From the human T2T-CHM13v2.0 reference genome, Homo sapiens: 64,000 nucleotides of DNA. Position numbers and translations under genes: made by a program. The stretch is from the NCBI RefSeq assembly GCF_009914755.1, contig NC_060932.1. The stretch is one strand, 5' to 3'. Of the stretch, positions 1 to 13,023 are shown piece after piece. The notes under the pieces are model-generated. The model was not told where the DNA came from and ran no database searches. It saw nothing but the letters and a program-made list of their open reading frames with translations. Every line of letters starts with the position of its first letter. The first letter of the stretch is position 1.

Positions 1-19
1 ATAAAAAATAGTCTTAGCT

Positions 20-625
20 CAGTACTGGAAAATAATTATCCCTAGACTCTTTTTTCTCTGATCACACCTTAAAAATGTTAAAAGAAATACCCAGGGGATC
101 AAACTTATTACAATCTTTAAGTGAATCTTACAATAAAGCTCAACATTTTAATAGAAATACCAAAATATGCACCAAACAACAAAGTAAAAATCACAATGAT
201 TGGCATGCAATCAAAGATTACTAGGCAGGAAAAGAAGCAGGAAATACAATCCAGAAAGAGAAGAAAAATTGACCCATCAAAACTAATCCAAAATTCGCAA
301 TGATGTGCTTTACAACAAAAAGGAAATTAAAATATTTATTATGATTTTTCCTCATTTATTTAAAAAGACGGACATAAAAATTATACAACAAAAAACCCAA
401 GTCACATTTCAGGAGGTAAAAACTAAAAAGTCTGATATGAAAATATGGTGGTTAGCATTTGTGAAAGATTAGATATTGAAGAGAAATATATTATTGAATG
501 GGAATATACAGCAAAAGAAACTATGCCAAATAAAATGCAGATCAGAGAATTTTTAAAATAAAAAGAGCATTAGCGGGCAACAGAAAATCTTCAAGTGGCC
601 GACAGATGTGTATTTCTGTCCATTA
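20..625 (+). mobile_element. Old L1M-type LINE fragment (5'/ORF1 region), degraded
   Basis: A-rich plus strand with L1M ORF1-like phrases (caacaaagtaaaaatcacaatg, aaagattactaggcagg, gaaatctgatatgaaaat-like); no intact frame. Confidence 0.55.
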
Positions 626-635
626 AAAAGAGGAA

Positions 636-1166
636 GGAGAGATCATGGCGGACGGGAGGCAAGACTAGCCTGCAGCTCTGGACAGAGCAGCGAGTGGGAG
701 CTCGCATTGTAAACTTTAGCTCCAGATGGACGGCAAAAACAAACCAGCAATCCCCAGAGGACCCACAGACCCTCTGAAGGAAGTGGGCTGCTCCTGCAGG
801 ACCCGGGAGACCCCCAAAACTGTGAGTGTCCAGCTGCCGAAGTGGGAAAGGGAAACCCTCCTCTCCGGAACAGACACCCCCTGAGAAGTCTATTTGTGGG
901 AGAAGTTTCCGACTTTACCTGGAGCTGAGTCAGTCTGGAGAGCTGACTGAAATACAGGGATAGAGGAGGCAGCAGCAAGGCCCTGGGAGCTGAATGGGTC
1001 CCCGGGCAGCCCATTCCTGCCTGGCACCACAGGGATCCAACGGGAGAGGAACAGAGGGTAAAACTACACGGAGAGAAGGAAATCTCTAGCTGAACTTTGT
1101 AACAATTCGAACAGCGTGAGAAGTCTCCTGGCCAGAACTCGGGGGAGGACACAAATCTCCTGCACA
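636..1166 (+). mobile_element. L1PB (L1PBa-type) 5' UTR fragment
   Basis: Begins gagatcatggcggacgggaggcaagactag and follows the recalled L1PBa 5' end (cccacagaccctctgaaggaag, ctcctgcaggacccgggaga, ggaaatctctagctgaactttgtaacaatt); similarity stops abruptly at ~1166. Confidence 0.8.
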
Positions 1167-1326
1167 GTGAGTAAAATTTATATATGTATATTCAAAATAA
1201 CTTCAGTATTCGAAATTGCTTCGGGGAATTTTGAAAACTCAGACTCTTTCCATACTGTTGTAGTGATCATATAGATAAGTAGGTCACCAGCATCATGAAT
1301 AAAAATGCACGTTGTTGAGGTGGTTT

Positions 1327-2230
1327 TGAGAGGTGACAGCGTGCTGGCAGGCCTGGCAGGCCTGGCTCGCTCTCCGCGCCTCCTCGGCCTTGGCGCCCAT
1401 TCTGGCCGCGCTTGAGCATCCCTTCAGCCCGTCGCTGCACTGTGGGAGCCCCTTTCTGGGCTGGTCAAGGCCGGAGCCGGCTCCCTCGGCTTGCGGGGAG
1501 GTATGGAGGGAGAGGCGCGGGCGGGAACCGGGGTTGCGCGCGCCGTTTCCCAGCCAGCGCGAGTTCCCGGTGGGCGTGGGCTCGGTGGGCGCCCCACTCG
1601 GAGCGGCAGGCCGGCCCGCAAGCCCCGGGCAGTGAAGGGCTTGGCACCTGGGCCAGCAGCTGCTGTGCTCGATTTCTCGCCGGGCCTGAGCTGCCTCCCC
1701 TCAGGGCAGGGCTCCGACCTGCAGCCCGCCACGCCTGAGCCTCCCCCGCCCCCTCCCGGCTGTGGGCTCCTGCGCAGCCCGAGCCTCCCCCACGAGCGCG
1801 GCTGCCTGCTCCTCGGCGCCCAGTCCCGCCGACCGCCCAAGGACTGAGGAGTGCGCGCGCACGACGCGGGACTGGCCGGCAGTGGCAACCCGCTTGGGTC
1901 ACCTTCCACACTGTGGAAGCTTTGTTCTTTCACTCTTTGCAATAAATGTTGCTGCTGCTCACTCTTTGGGTCCACACGGCCTTTACGAGCTGTAACACTC
2001 ACCGCAAACGTCTGCAGCTTCACTCCCGAGCCAGCGAGACCACGAACCCACCAGAAGGAAGAAACTCCGAACACATCCGAACATCAGAAGGAACAGACTC
2101 TGGACGCGCGGCCGTTAAGAACTGTAACACTCACCGGACCCGCCCCCTTTAAGAACTGTAACACACCGCGAGGGTCTGGGGCTTCATTCTTGAAGTCAGT
2201 GAGACCAAGAGCCCACCAATTCCGGACACA
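1327..2230 (+). mobile_element. LTR12C-like (HERV9/ERV1) solo LTR with internal deletion
   Basis: Termini tgagaggtgacagcgtgctggcag ... cccaccaattccggacaca (TG...CA); 4-bp TSD gttt at 1323-1326 and 2231-2234; U5 repeats gctgtaacactcaccg; AATAAA near 1941. Confidence 0.95.
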
Positions 2231-2405
2231 GTTTCTGCCAAGCCCAGATCAAACTCCCTCTTGGACTTCCTGTTAGCACCTTAAAGTGTATTTGCCATTT
2301 TGTAAGCTCCATCAGATCTTATTTTGAGCTATTTAACAGCCTTTGCACCTTATGCAACGTTGTAAGCAAACAGTGAAAGAAATATGTCACTTTGGAAAAT
2401 GCATC

Positions 2406-3708
2406 TGAGGAGATTTCAAAAGATGCATGAAAAACGTAATGTAAAGATAAAAGTATTTAAAAATAAACTGTATTTATCAACGTAAACTCCATCAAGCTCA
2501 AGACACTTTTGTATCTTGTGATACCACTATTTAGTCTATTCGTAAAGAAATGAGGGTCCTGAGAATTTAACCAAATCAATGCAGTCTTTTTTACATGATC
2601 ATCTAAAGAAAAATGGGTGCCATTTAAATATTTTTTAAGAGTAGGAAACAAAAAGAGCCCAGAAGGAGCCACGTCAGTTCTCTAAGATGGATGCCTAATG
2701 ATTTCCCTCTGAAACGTTCACCAAATTGCCCTTGTTTAATGAGAGGAATGAGCAGAATCACTACCTTGGTGGAGAAGGAATCTGTGGGGAAGCTTTCTGG
2801 CATGTTTGTCTGCAAGAGCTTTGGCTAACTTTTTTAAAACACTCTCATAATAAGCAGATGTTACCATTCTTTGGCCCTCCAGAAAATCAACAATCAAAAT
2901 GCCTTGGGCATCCCCAAAAACTGTTGCCATGACCTCTGCTCTGGACCCACCCACTTTTGCTTTGGCTGGACCACTTCCACCTGTGGGTAGCCATTGCTTT
3001 GATTGTGCTTTATCTTCAGGATCTTACTGGTAAAGCCGTGCTTCGTATCCTGTTACAGTTCTTGAAAGCTGTGCTTCAGGATCTTGATTTCACTTCTTTT
3101 AAATTTCCATCGAAAGTTCTGCCCTCATCTGCAACGGATCTTGGCACAGTGGTTTTGGCACTCAAGCGAAGAGTTGAGCATACTTTAGTTTTTAAAAGAA
3201 TTGTGAAAGCTGAGCCAGTTGAGATGTCTATGATGTTGGCTATTGTTTGTGCTGTTAATCATCTGTCCCATTCATTAGTGTACAAACAAAACTAAGATTT
3301 TTCTCACAAGTGAATAAGGTTTTCTTCACAAGACTGAAGACTGCTGCTTCAGTCTTCACTTCAGCAACATTTCATGCCTCCTTATAACAAGTTATCCATT
3401 TGTAAATGGCTGGTTTATTTGGGGCATTGTTTCCATAAACTTGTTGTAAACCATCAATGATTTCACTATTTCTCTACCAAAGTTTTACTATAAACTTGAT
3501 GTTAGTTTTTGCTTCAGTTTTACCAGAATTCATATTGCTCCGACAGGGGCTCTTTTTAAACTGATACCTTGCTTTTCTTAGTGCCTCAATCTAGATCTTT
3601 TTCACATATATCATAACAAGTTAGTTCAAGTTTATTTTGAAAAAGTGTAAAATTCATGCATAGGTTTTCGTAACATTCATTTTCCAACAGCTTTTTGAAG
3701 ATCCCTTA
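2406..3708 (-). mobile_element. HSMAR2 mariner DNA transposon, apparently full length
   Basis: Degenerate TIRs tgaggagatttcaaaagatgcatgaaaa (2406) and cattttccaacagctttttgaagatccctta followed by TA (~3708); ~1.3 kb; transposase fragments inside. Confidence 0.92.
2470..3533 (-). pseudogene. Decayed HSMAR2 mariner transposase
   Basis: ATG at 3533 (MNSGKTEAKTNIKF); ORF-track fragments VMATVFGDAQGILIVDFLEGQRMVTSAYYESVLKKL and APSGLFLFPTLKKYLNGTHFS match the HSMAR2 catalytic domain; broken across frames. Confidence 0.88.
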
Positions 3709-3979
3709 TATATGTTTTGGCTCAATTAAAAAAATAAATATTTCAAGTTGTGTGTCTCAAATTATGAAATAAATGCATAGAACACAGAATAATTTGTTCA
3801 ACGAAGTCAGTATGATCATAGCAACAATGGAAAAATAATTTTGAAATAGAAAGGAGAAAACAGAAAAGTGAACAACTGCAAATATGTTGGAATGTAGTTC
3901 AGTTTTAATTTAAAAGGTGGATAAAGGCGTTCAAATGAGGAGGCTTCTTATATGCAGAAAATTAGAAACAAAAGATGTT

Positions 3980-4112
3980 TAGGAGAGGGGAAAAGAGGAA
4001 GAATAATAAGAAGAAAAAGGAGGATAAAGAGAAAGAATGGGGAGAGGAGGAGAAGAAAAAGCCAGGAAGGAGGGAAGAGAGAGAGGGGCAGAGAGAGACA
4101 GTGAGAGAGAAG
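3980..4112. repeat. GA-rich low-complexity tract
   Basis: Nearly purine-only run on the plus strand. Confidence 0.8.
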
Positions 4113-4214
4113 AATACAGATAATTTCTGAAGAGCACAAACAATGCTTGACAGCAGTTGTTTCTATGGAGTAAAGTTGGGAATTAATGAGAGGAAGAGTT
4201 GTATTCTTCTGTTC

Positions 4215-4217
<3 letters not shown>

Positions 4218-4253
<36 letters not shown>
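4218..4253. repeat. poly(T) mononucleotide run
   Basis: About 36 uninterrupted T. Confidence 0.95.
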
Positions 4254-4259
<6 letters not shown>

Positions 4260-4318
4260 TCATAATTTTAGAAACCCAGCTTCAAATGATAGAAATTTCC
4301 TCAGAAATTTGACTAAGA

Positions 4319-4835
<517 letters not shown>

Positions 4836-5827
4836 ATATGTGGGTATTTTCTATTTGTATTTATATTTAAGATCTATGGAATACTAAGTACAGGGGAAAC
4901 AAATTAGGTAAGGAATTTTATTTCTTCACTGAGCCAGTAAAATGCTATCACCCTCCATGTGTCACACTATGATAGGTGCTGGAGAGAAAACAAAGGCTAA
5001 TCTAAGGTTTCCTATGGTAAAGGGATTACACTCATGTTGGGAGGAGAATTATCTCAGTGTTTTTATATGTTTTCATTAGGGCCCTGTCTGATTCACTCAG
5101 CTGTTCAGCTCACATTTCTCAGTTTCCAAATACTTGGTTTCTGATGCTCAGTATCTGAAGAATTGCTTGAGGAAAACGCTATAAGTAAAGCAAAACCCAT
5201 AAAATTGTGACTTATAAAAAGTAGATAAAGTGTACATTTTATACTGTATGTAATATATAAAGTAAATAAAAGCAAATCATACAAACCCAAAATAATTGCA
5301 CAATCCACAAATTTTCATCAAACAATAAAGTCAGGGTATTTTCCCTCCTGTGATGTTTTTGGAGCCTGACATCCAAAAGTTGCTAAGTTGAAGATATCTG
5401 AAAACAATGCTTCCATGTGCTGTCAACATCCAAATTTTCTTCAGTGTGATCAAGGGTACACACATTTGCTACAAAGGAAATTTAACTAAGGAAGATAAAC
5501 CAAAGTGAAACTTCTAAGAATAAAGTGTTTTTAAAAATTTATTATTCAACATCCATTGTGCCCTCTCATAGCACCTTTCTTCCCTTAAACTTCAAGAAGA
5601 TTATAACTTTAAAGGAATATATCGAGAATCAATTGCCAATTTACAAGTATTCAATGACCCCGACTTCACATAATATTAAATTATTAATTCTGTGGAAATA
5701 ATATTTGCTTTTCTTTGGACATAATTGGTTTGTGTTTTACACATGTAATGAAGCTGTTTCTGACTTTTCCCATCTTCCATTTTTTATTCATAAGATTTTT
5801 ACGTCACAGTTTCATAACCTTTAACGT

Positions 5828-6230
5828 TTATTCATTCAATGAATATTTACTGCACAACTACATACACTAAGCCAGGCACATTAAATAATTATATCAGGTG
5901 ACAGTAACCAGATCAGTAACATAATTATAGAGTGTAGTAAATTTAAAAATAGGCAGTAAGCACTCTGTGAAAGCAGACAGAAACTAAGGATATTCTGCTT
6001 ATGGAAAAGTGGGTAGAAAATTCCTACCTGAGAATATGACACTTCAGCTGAGAACTAAAGGATGACAAAATATTAACCGCACAAAGAACTCAAGAGTAGG
6101 ATGTTTTGAGACAAGAAAACAGCAACTCGAAAGGCAAAGAAGTATAAGCGACTTTGGCACATTGTAGGCATCAGGGAAATAGGACTGAATATCTAAATTA
6201 AGGAGAAGAGGCCAAATATAAAACTTGAAA
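5828..6230 (-). mobile_element. L2 LINE 3' fragment
   Basis: ttcattcaatgaatatttactg ... agccaggcac terminal signature followed by degraded L2-like sequence. Confidence 0.55.
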
Positions 6231-6244
6231 GAATTCTCGATCAA

Positions 6245-6440
6245 CAGTTCTGGGGTTCAAATATTTTCCATTTCCCTGCTGGTAGCCATGGATAATGCAT
6301 TTAGCCATGGATAATTCATTTCAATTTCAGTTTCCTGACACATAACACAGGGTTGTCAAGAGCCTGTACCTTGCGCCGGTGCCATGAGAAATTCAGGAGG
6401 TGATGCTTGTCACGTGCCCGCCACAAGGCTGAGCATGAGA
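6245..6440 (+). mobile_element. MIR SINE
   Basis: ggggttcaaat ... ttcagtttcctgacacataa ... core-like sequence. Confidence 0.45.
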
Positions 6441-7170
6441 TAAGGAATCAGACTCCGATGAGGTGAAGGAGTGCATAGGATGACCGTGGAAAGACAAGAA
6501 GTGACCCCATTGCACGGCACTGGGAGTTTAGTCAAATGGAGGAAGAGGTCCCTAAGCAAATTCAAGTGGAGGGATTTCACGGTTTAACTTTGGTTGCAAG
6601 ATGACTCTATTGGCACTGTGGACCATGGTCTAGATGAGGAGATGTTGAATGCAATATTCTGAGATGTATGAATGACTGTAAGAAAGGGGAAACTGAAAGA
6701 AGCAAATCTTTAGGGAAGGCCTGACCTTGAAGGAGACTGTAGAAAAGAACAGTAGAAACGGAGGCAGAAGGTAATAAGTTGTCTCTGTACATATGGAAAA
6801 TAACTTTTAATTTAGCGTTTCTAATAATATTATTTTTTTCATAACTGTCGTTTCCAGAGATGCAAAAAATTATCATGCTAATTTAAAAAAAAATTACAGA
6901 TATCTGGGATAAATCACATGCTGAGAGAAAAAAATAGTCTTTTTTCTCTTTTTTCTTTATCAGGTATATATAAGATAAACCTTAGAAAACATAAAACAAG
7001 CCTCTCAAATAACAACCTTAATTGTTTAAAATGATCTCCTTGACGTTACCTATTTGCAAGTGACTTATTATTATTATTTGAGACAATGTCAACTGGCATA
7101 TTCAAAGTAAGGCTTTAATTGATGAATTTAAAATGAAATAAGTTGTTGTTTTTTTTAACTATTACATAAA

Positions 7171-7830
7171 TGTTACTGGGAACTGCAGGAGTCTTTGGTT
7201 ATTAGTCTTACTTGGAGAAAGCTTTCTGCCAAGCGACTGATTTAGCCAAAAAAAGAGAATTGATTGAAGGAAAATAGGGAGCCCCAGCGCGCTCTGCAAG
7301 GGTGAGGCAGAGAGGGCTGCTGAGGGGCGTGAGCCCGCAGCCCCCCAGAGCGCTGCGTTTTCTGCGTCGGGTGTTGATGACGTGGAACTAACGCTTCCTT
7401 GAAGTTCCCGCCTCTGCCTTAAGTCTCCACCTTTGTTCTTTGTCTAGTTTTACAGTTATGGCCTTAAGTCCCCTCCTTTTTCCTGCCTATTCCCCACCCC
7501 AGGCTTGTGGGACCCGCCTTTACTGTCAGTCAGTGCGCATGCGTGGCCGGGTATCGGACAGGAACTGCACCAGCGTTATCTCCTAGGAAGTTCTTTGCCG
7601 TTTTCCGCTTATCAGCGTGCATCTGGCGATATTTTGACAGGTTACCTGCAGAGTGAGTGATCACTGGGCCTCTCAAGGGACATTCCTTCCTGCCTAGGTA
7701 TTTCCCTTCCTCCCTCTCATACCCAGCGTGCAGACTTCAGGTAGTCCCTGGGGTATGAAGTTTTCCAGACCTCCCTTTTCTCAGGGGTCGCCCTCTCCTG
7801 CTCATGTGTGGCTGTCTGCCTAATCTAACA
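7171..7830 (-). mobile_element. ERV1 MER4-group solo LTR (MER87/MER50-like)
   Basis: tgtta...taaca inverted termini; minus strand starts tgttagattaggcagacagccacacatgagcaggagaggg...gagaaaagggaggtctggaaaa; exact family uncertain. Confidence 0.7.
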
Positions 7831-8327
7831 CTAATAATACAATACATATAAAAATATATGTTTACAAGACAGCTAGATTCTCAGTCAAAATGTACAAGTG
7901 AAGACTCCGGATGTTTGAATTTGTTCAAAGAAGTTAAGAGCCCCAGAATAAAATCAAGTAAATGTAATATTTTTTCATATTTTAGTTCACAAATTAAGTC
8001 AGAGATATGCAGGCTTATCTCCTATTTAAACACTGTACTGAGACATAGATCTCTATCCTCAGCCGGTGTGGGTAGGGCCACACTATGGTCTTTGTTTCTA
8101 GCATCATATAAATAGCCATCAAGGTAGCCAGGGTTTTCTGTGAAATGTCGGGTCTACAAAGATCACTTGAGACACAGCTCTGAGGGTGATTGTTCCATGA
8201 CACATGGTGAACAGAAGAGAATGTCACAAAGTAGGTGAGGTAGGAGTGCTTGAAGAAGCTGGACAGGGCCATAAAGTTGTTCTGCTAGAAGCCAGCGTGG
8301 AAGATTGCTCTAAGAAGGTTGGGGTGA

Positions 8328-8696
<369 letters not shown>

Positions 8697-10229
8697 CCAG
8701 TTTTTAGTTTCTTAGTAATTGTGGGAAATTAATACATGAAGACACTGAATATTGACAATTTTAAAAAGTTTGGTTACTTCAAGGATGAGACAGAGTTGAA
8801 TCTGTTTAACACCTGATTAAAAAGATCCAAAGAAAAGAATGGGGAAAAAGTAGAGATTACAGAAGAGAATAATGCATAACAAATTGTAGTCTGCAGTAAA
8901 ACGCTCTGTAACCTATATTCACCTAGTACAACTATCACTACATTTCACATAGTCTGCAAGTCTTATAGATTCCTATAAGAAAGAATTAACAATTAAATGT
9001 TTCTGTCTTCCTTAAAATTTCATAGACATATCCTAAAGGTTAAGAGAGTCCAATTATTTTATGTATGCAATCTTGTAATACAGAAATATAAAAATTAATT
9101 ACAAAATGACAATGTTAAAATAATTATTTTAAATTGTCAGTTTTCAATAGAGTAACTGAAAGAAAAAAAGAACATATTTTTAGGCTGTAATTAAAATTTT
9201 ATGACATCTAGTTTCTGACCTTAACAACTAAGATATTGTAGAGTGTTTTTTAAAAAAAAAAAAACAGTCCAAAACCTCACAGGTATCCTCTAAATTTCGA
9301 AAGGAGATAGACTATTTCTTTACCAGAGAATATAATATTCAACAGAAATACTAGCACCAAGTCTGCAGCTGGCTGATAAGAAGGACAATGAGAGCAATAC
9401 AGCTCAAAGTGGTTCCAGGGAATATGAACTACTTAAACCGAACACAATATAAAATCTCAAACTCTGTCAGCACATCATGAGAAAATTATTTTAGAATGCA
9501 TATGCAGAGGAATTAGAGAATAAGGTTGATGTAATGTGGAAACTAACAAAATTCAGGAGTGTAGGACAAGGTTCAAGTATCTTAAAGTGATGCCTGTATT
9601 GTCCAAATATTGCCATTGTTGTTAAATAACTTGAAGCAGTGATGTGACTGTGAAATTGGAAGTGAAATCAAGTCAAGTAAATATATTCAGCAGGGCATTT
9701 TCATGGAGGAGTATGTCCTTGGGAAAAGTAAGATATTCAGGTTAAATAGAAGATGCTGTTATTGAAATCATTCTCATTTTAAGACGCAATTACTCAGCTA
9801 CCATGTGTTATCTAGATTTATTCATGGCTTCCTGGGTAGAAGTTTAAACTAAATACTTGAGTAGAATGTAATCTTGAAATATTTATATGTTCAATGTGAC
9901 TAACAGTTGAGAGCTGCTTCAACAAAGCCTTTCCTAGAAATTTAACCTTGGTAACTGTGCTGCTAAAATACAGACAGTTCTATAAAAAAATAGTTTTGTA
10001 AAGGAAAGTGTCTCATTATTATTTACTATCAGGAGAAAATCTTTCTTTTATTTGCCAACTCCTCATATTTGTGTTCAAATTTAGGGACCTATTTGAAATT
10101 ATATTTTATTTTATATTAGAAATTGCTTGTTTCAGGAGCTAATTTGTGAACAGAGATATTCAGATTTTACTTATTAAATAATAGTATTATAAGTGGTAGA
10201 ATAAGGACCCATAGAAAATTCTCTCCCCC

Positions 10230-12972
10230 ATAAAATCATGAGAATACTGATAAAGCTTGAGAAAACCAACATTTTCATGCTGTATTCCATCACCTCCTCC
10301 ATCTCCATGGTATCCTCAACAAACTCTCCAATGATGGTGAAAACTAGGAGCTACATTGCCTCAAAAAGAGTGAGAACAGAGTTGAAACTCTTTTGCCTGA
10401 TAGTTCTCTGGAAAACCCACTGCAGGCCTTGTCAATTAGTTGACCTGACTCAGTGTCTCCAAGTATGAAGACCCTCTCTTTAAAGGAATTTGTGAAAACA
10501 ATTAGTGGCAATTATTTAACATTACATCTGCCTGAGACAGAGAAAACAGTTGAGAGCAAAAATGCAACATAAATGAAAAACTTAAAAGGAAAAGCTGGAA
10601 AATGAAATTTTCATGGGAACTTAGAAAAGCTCTGACATATTTGGTAATGTAAACACATGTCTATGCAAAATGTTGTGTGCGTGGTCAGGAAAGACCTGAG
10701 AAGTCTCTCACCTCTGGCTGAACTTGAGGCTCAGCGCAAGAAGAAAGGAAAGGTGAAGGTAAGTTGTAAACTGTCCAACAAGGAGTTGAAGGCATGCCTC
10801 AACATTCATGCAGAACTCTGTGGCAAAGACTGGGACACTTAATGTTTTCAGGTATTTGAGGAAATCTACCCTATCATAAGCTGACTTTAAGCTACTCTAG
10901 CAGTCTTCAGTGGCTACATACAACAAAGAGTACAGGCTGCACAGAATTATTTCGGAAAATTCACTAAACAAACTTCAAGAACAGCAAACTTGAAGGAGAG
11001 GAAGTGAATCCTATCAACTAAATTTTCCTATCATATTATTTATGTCTCTTTTCAACAGAAAATTTTGAGACAATAAACAGAAAAAAATGTGTATATACAA
11101 GGAAAAAAGGAATATGTAGAAAGTGTCTACAAAAAAGCCCCTACTTTGGATTCATAAAGCACCAATTTTAAATCAGCTGTTTTTCATTTCTTTAAACAAC
11201 TAAAGGAAATCATGTCTAAGAAAGTAAAAAAACATATGTCAAAAATATCTCATCAAAAAGAGAATATCAATAAAGAAACATAAATTTTATTTTTATAAAA
11301 AAGCCAAATATAAATTCTAGTGTTAAAAAGTATAATATGTGAAATGCAAATTTCACTATGAGAGCTTGACAGCAAACTTGAGCTCGCAGAAGACAAAAAA
11401 ATCCATGAGTTTGGAGGTAGGTTTTTTGGTATTGATTATCCAGTCTGAGGAACAAAAAATAATACTAAAACGAGAAATGAGCAGAGCCTCAGGGGCCTAT
11501 ACAACAACATCCAACGTACCAACATATGCATAATAGATTCCCCAAAAGAAGAGAAGAGAGAGAAGAGGGGAAGAATAAATATCTTTTAAAAATGGCCAAA
11601 ACCTTGAAAATAAAATACAAAATATTAATCTTACATGTAAGAAGCACAGTGAACTCCAAGTGGATAAATTTAAAGAGATCCACACCTAGATGCATCGTAA
11701 AATTGTCCAAAGACAAAAACAAAGAGTAGCGAAATCAACAAGTGAGACGCAACTCATCATGTATGAGAGAGAGTCAAAAGATAAACAGCTGATTTCTCAC
11801 CAGAAGCAATAGGGGCCATAAGAAAATCGAATGGCATATTCAAAGAACTGAAAGAAAAACACTAGTCAACTAAGAATTCTATATCCTGCAGAACAGACCT
11901 TTAGAAATAAAAAAGAGATTAGAACACATTCAGTTAAACCAAAAAAAATAAAAGAGGATTTGCCTCTTGCACACTCTGTTGTATAAGAAATACCAAAGAT
12001 AGTTCTTCAGACAGAAGTAGTAGAATGCCAAAAGGAACTCAAATCCACATGAAATGATGAGCAATGGTGAAAATAATTACATAGGTAAAAATAACAGAGA
12101 TTTAAATGTATTTTGTTTTATGGTAACACTTTTTTCTCCTACCTGATTTAAAATACTACCACATAAAACAATAACAATAAAGCTGTGTTGATGGAATTCA
12201 GTGTACAAGAACATAATTAGTATAACAATAACATAAAGGAGGTTAGAGGGAATTGAGCCACGTAGGAGCTCAGGTTTTGTATACTAATAAAATTTAGTTG
12301 GCGGTAATTCAAACTGGATTATTATAAGTTAAATTGTTAGGTGTAATTCCAAGGCAAACAGTAATAAAATTACTCAAAAAAAAAATAGGAAAAACAAAGA
12401 TAACAAGTTAGTACACTATTAAACATTCACTTAACACACAAGAAGGCTGTGAGGGGGGGACGAAAGAAGCAAAAACACATAAGACGTATAGAAAATGGCA
12501 GATGTAAATTCTGCCTTATCAATAATTATATTAAATGCAAATTGACCAGTCTTTAATCCAGTTTGAGTTGATTGTTGTGTAAGGAAGGGGTCCGGTTTCA
12601 TTTTTTTTTTTGCATGTGAACATTAACGTTTCCCAACATCACTCATTGAAGAGACTATCCTTTCCCCATTGTGTATTCTTGACAATTTTGTCAAACTTAC
12701 AAAACATACATGCATACAAAGGACATAAGGAAACTTTTGGAGGTAATGGCTATGCCTATTATTTTGATTGTGGTGAAGATATTACAAGTGTTTGCCTATG
12801 TCCAAAATTATCAAATTATGCATATTAAATATATGCCATTATTTGTATATCACTTATATTTAATAGAACTGTTAAAAATGTAAATAAACTAAAAACAACA
12901 TCAAAAAGCAGAGATCAGCAGAATGGATAAAAACATAGTTCAACAATCTGCTAGCTACAAAAGATGCATTTT
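10230..12972 (+). mobile_element. Old L1M (5' region, ORF1, start of ORF2), interrupted at 12548-12876
   Basis: ORF1-like peptides (NSKWINLKRSTPRCIVKLSKDKNKE); cagctgatttctcaccagaag, caactaagaattctatatcc; ORF2 start tatcaataattatattaaatgcaa resumes as tcaaaaagcagagatcagcagaatggat. Confidence 0.8.
12548..12876. mobile_element. Small 5'-inverted L1 (L1MB-like) insertion
   Basis: 12548-12695 is antisense ORF2 3' sequence (ttgaagagactatcctttccccattgtgtattcttg); ~12715-12876 is a sense L1 3' UTR end (aggaaacttttggaggtaatgg). Confidence 0.7.
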
Positions 12973-13023
12973 GGCTGGGCGTGGTGGCTCATGCCTGTAA
13001 TCCCAGCACTTTGGGAGGCCAAG
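12973..13023 (+). mobile_element. Alu 5' stub (~50 bp)
   Basis: ggctgggcgtggtggctcatgcctgtaatcccagcactttgggaggccaag then unrelated sequence. Confidence 0.9.

Noticed and set aside
643-1152. 169-aa minus-strand ORF
   Set aside because: Antisense to an L1PB 5' UTR, non-ATG start, and no recognisable similarity to L1PA ORF0
1333-2276. Long overlapping ORFs (up to 216 aa)
   Set aside because: All lie within the GC-rich LTR12C, where stop codons are rare
6283-6320. 19-bp tandem duplication tagccatggataat(g/t)catt
   Set aside because: Ordinary slippage duplication inside a MIR; similar trivial cases near 15968 and 17910
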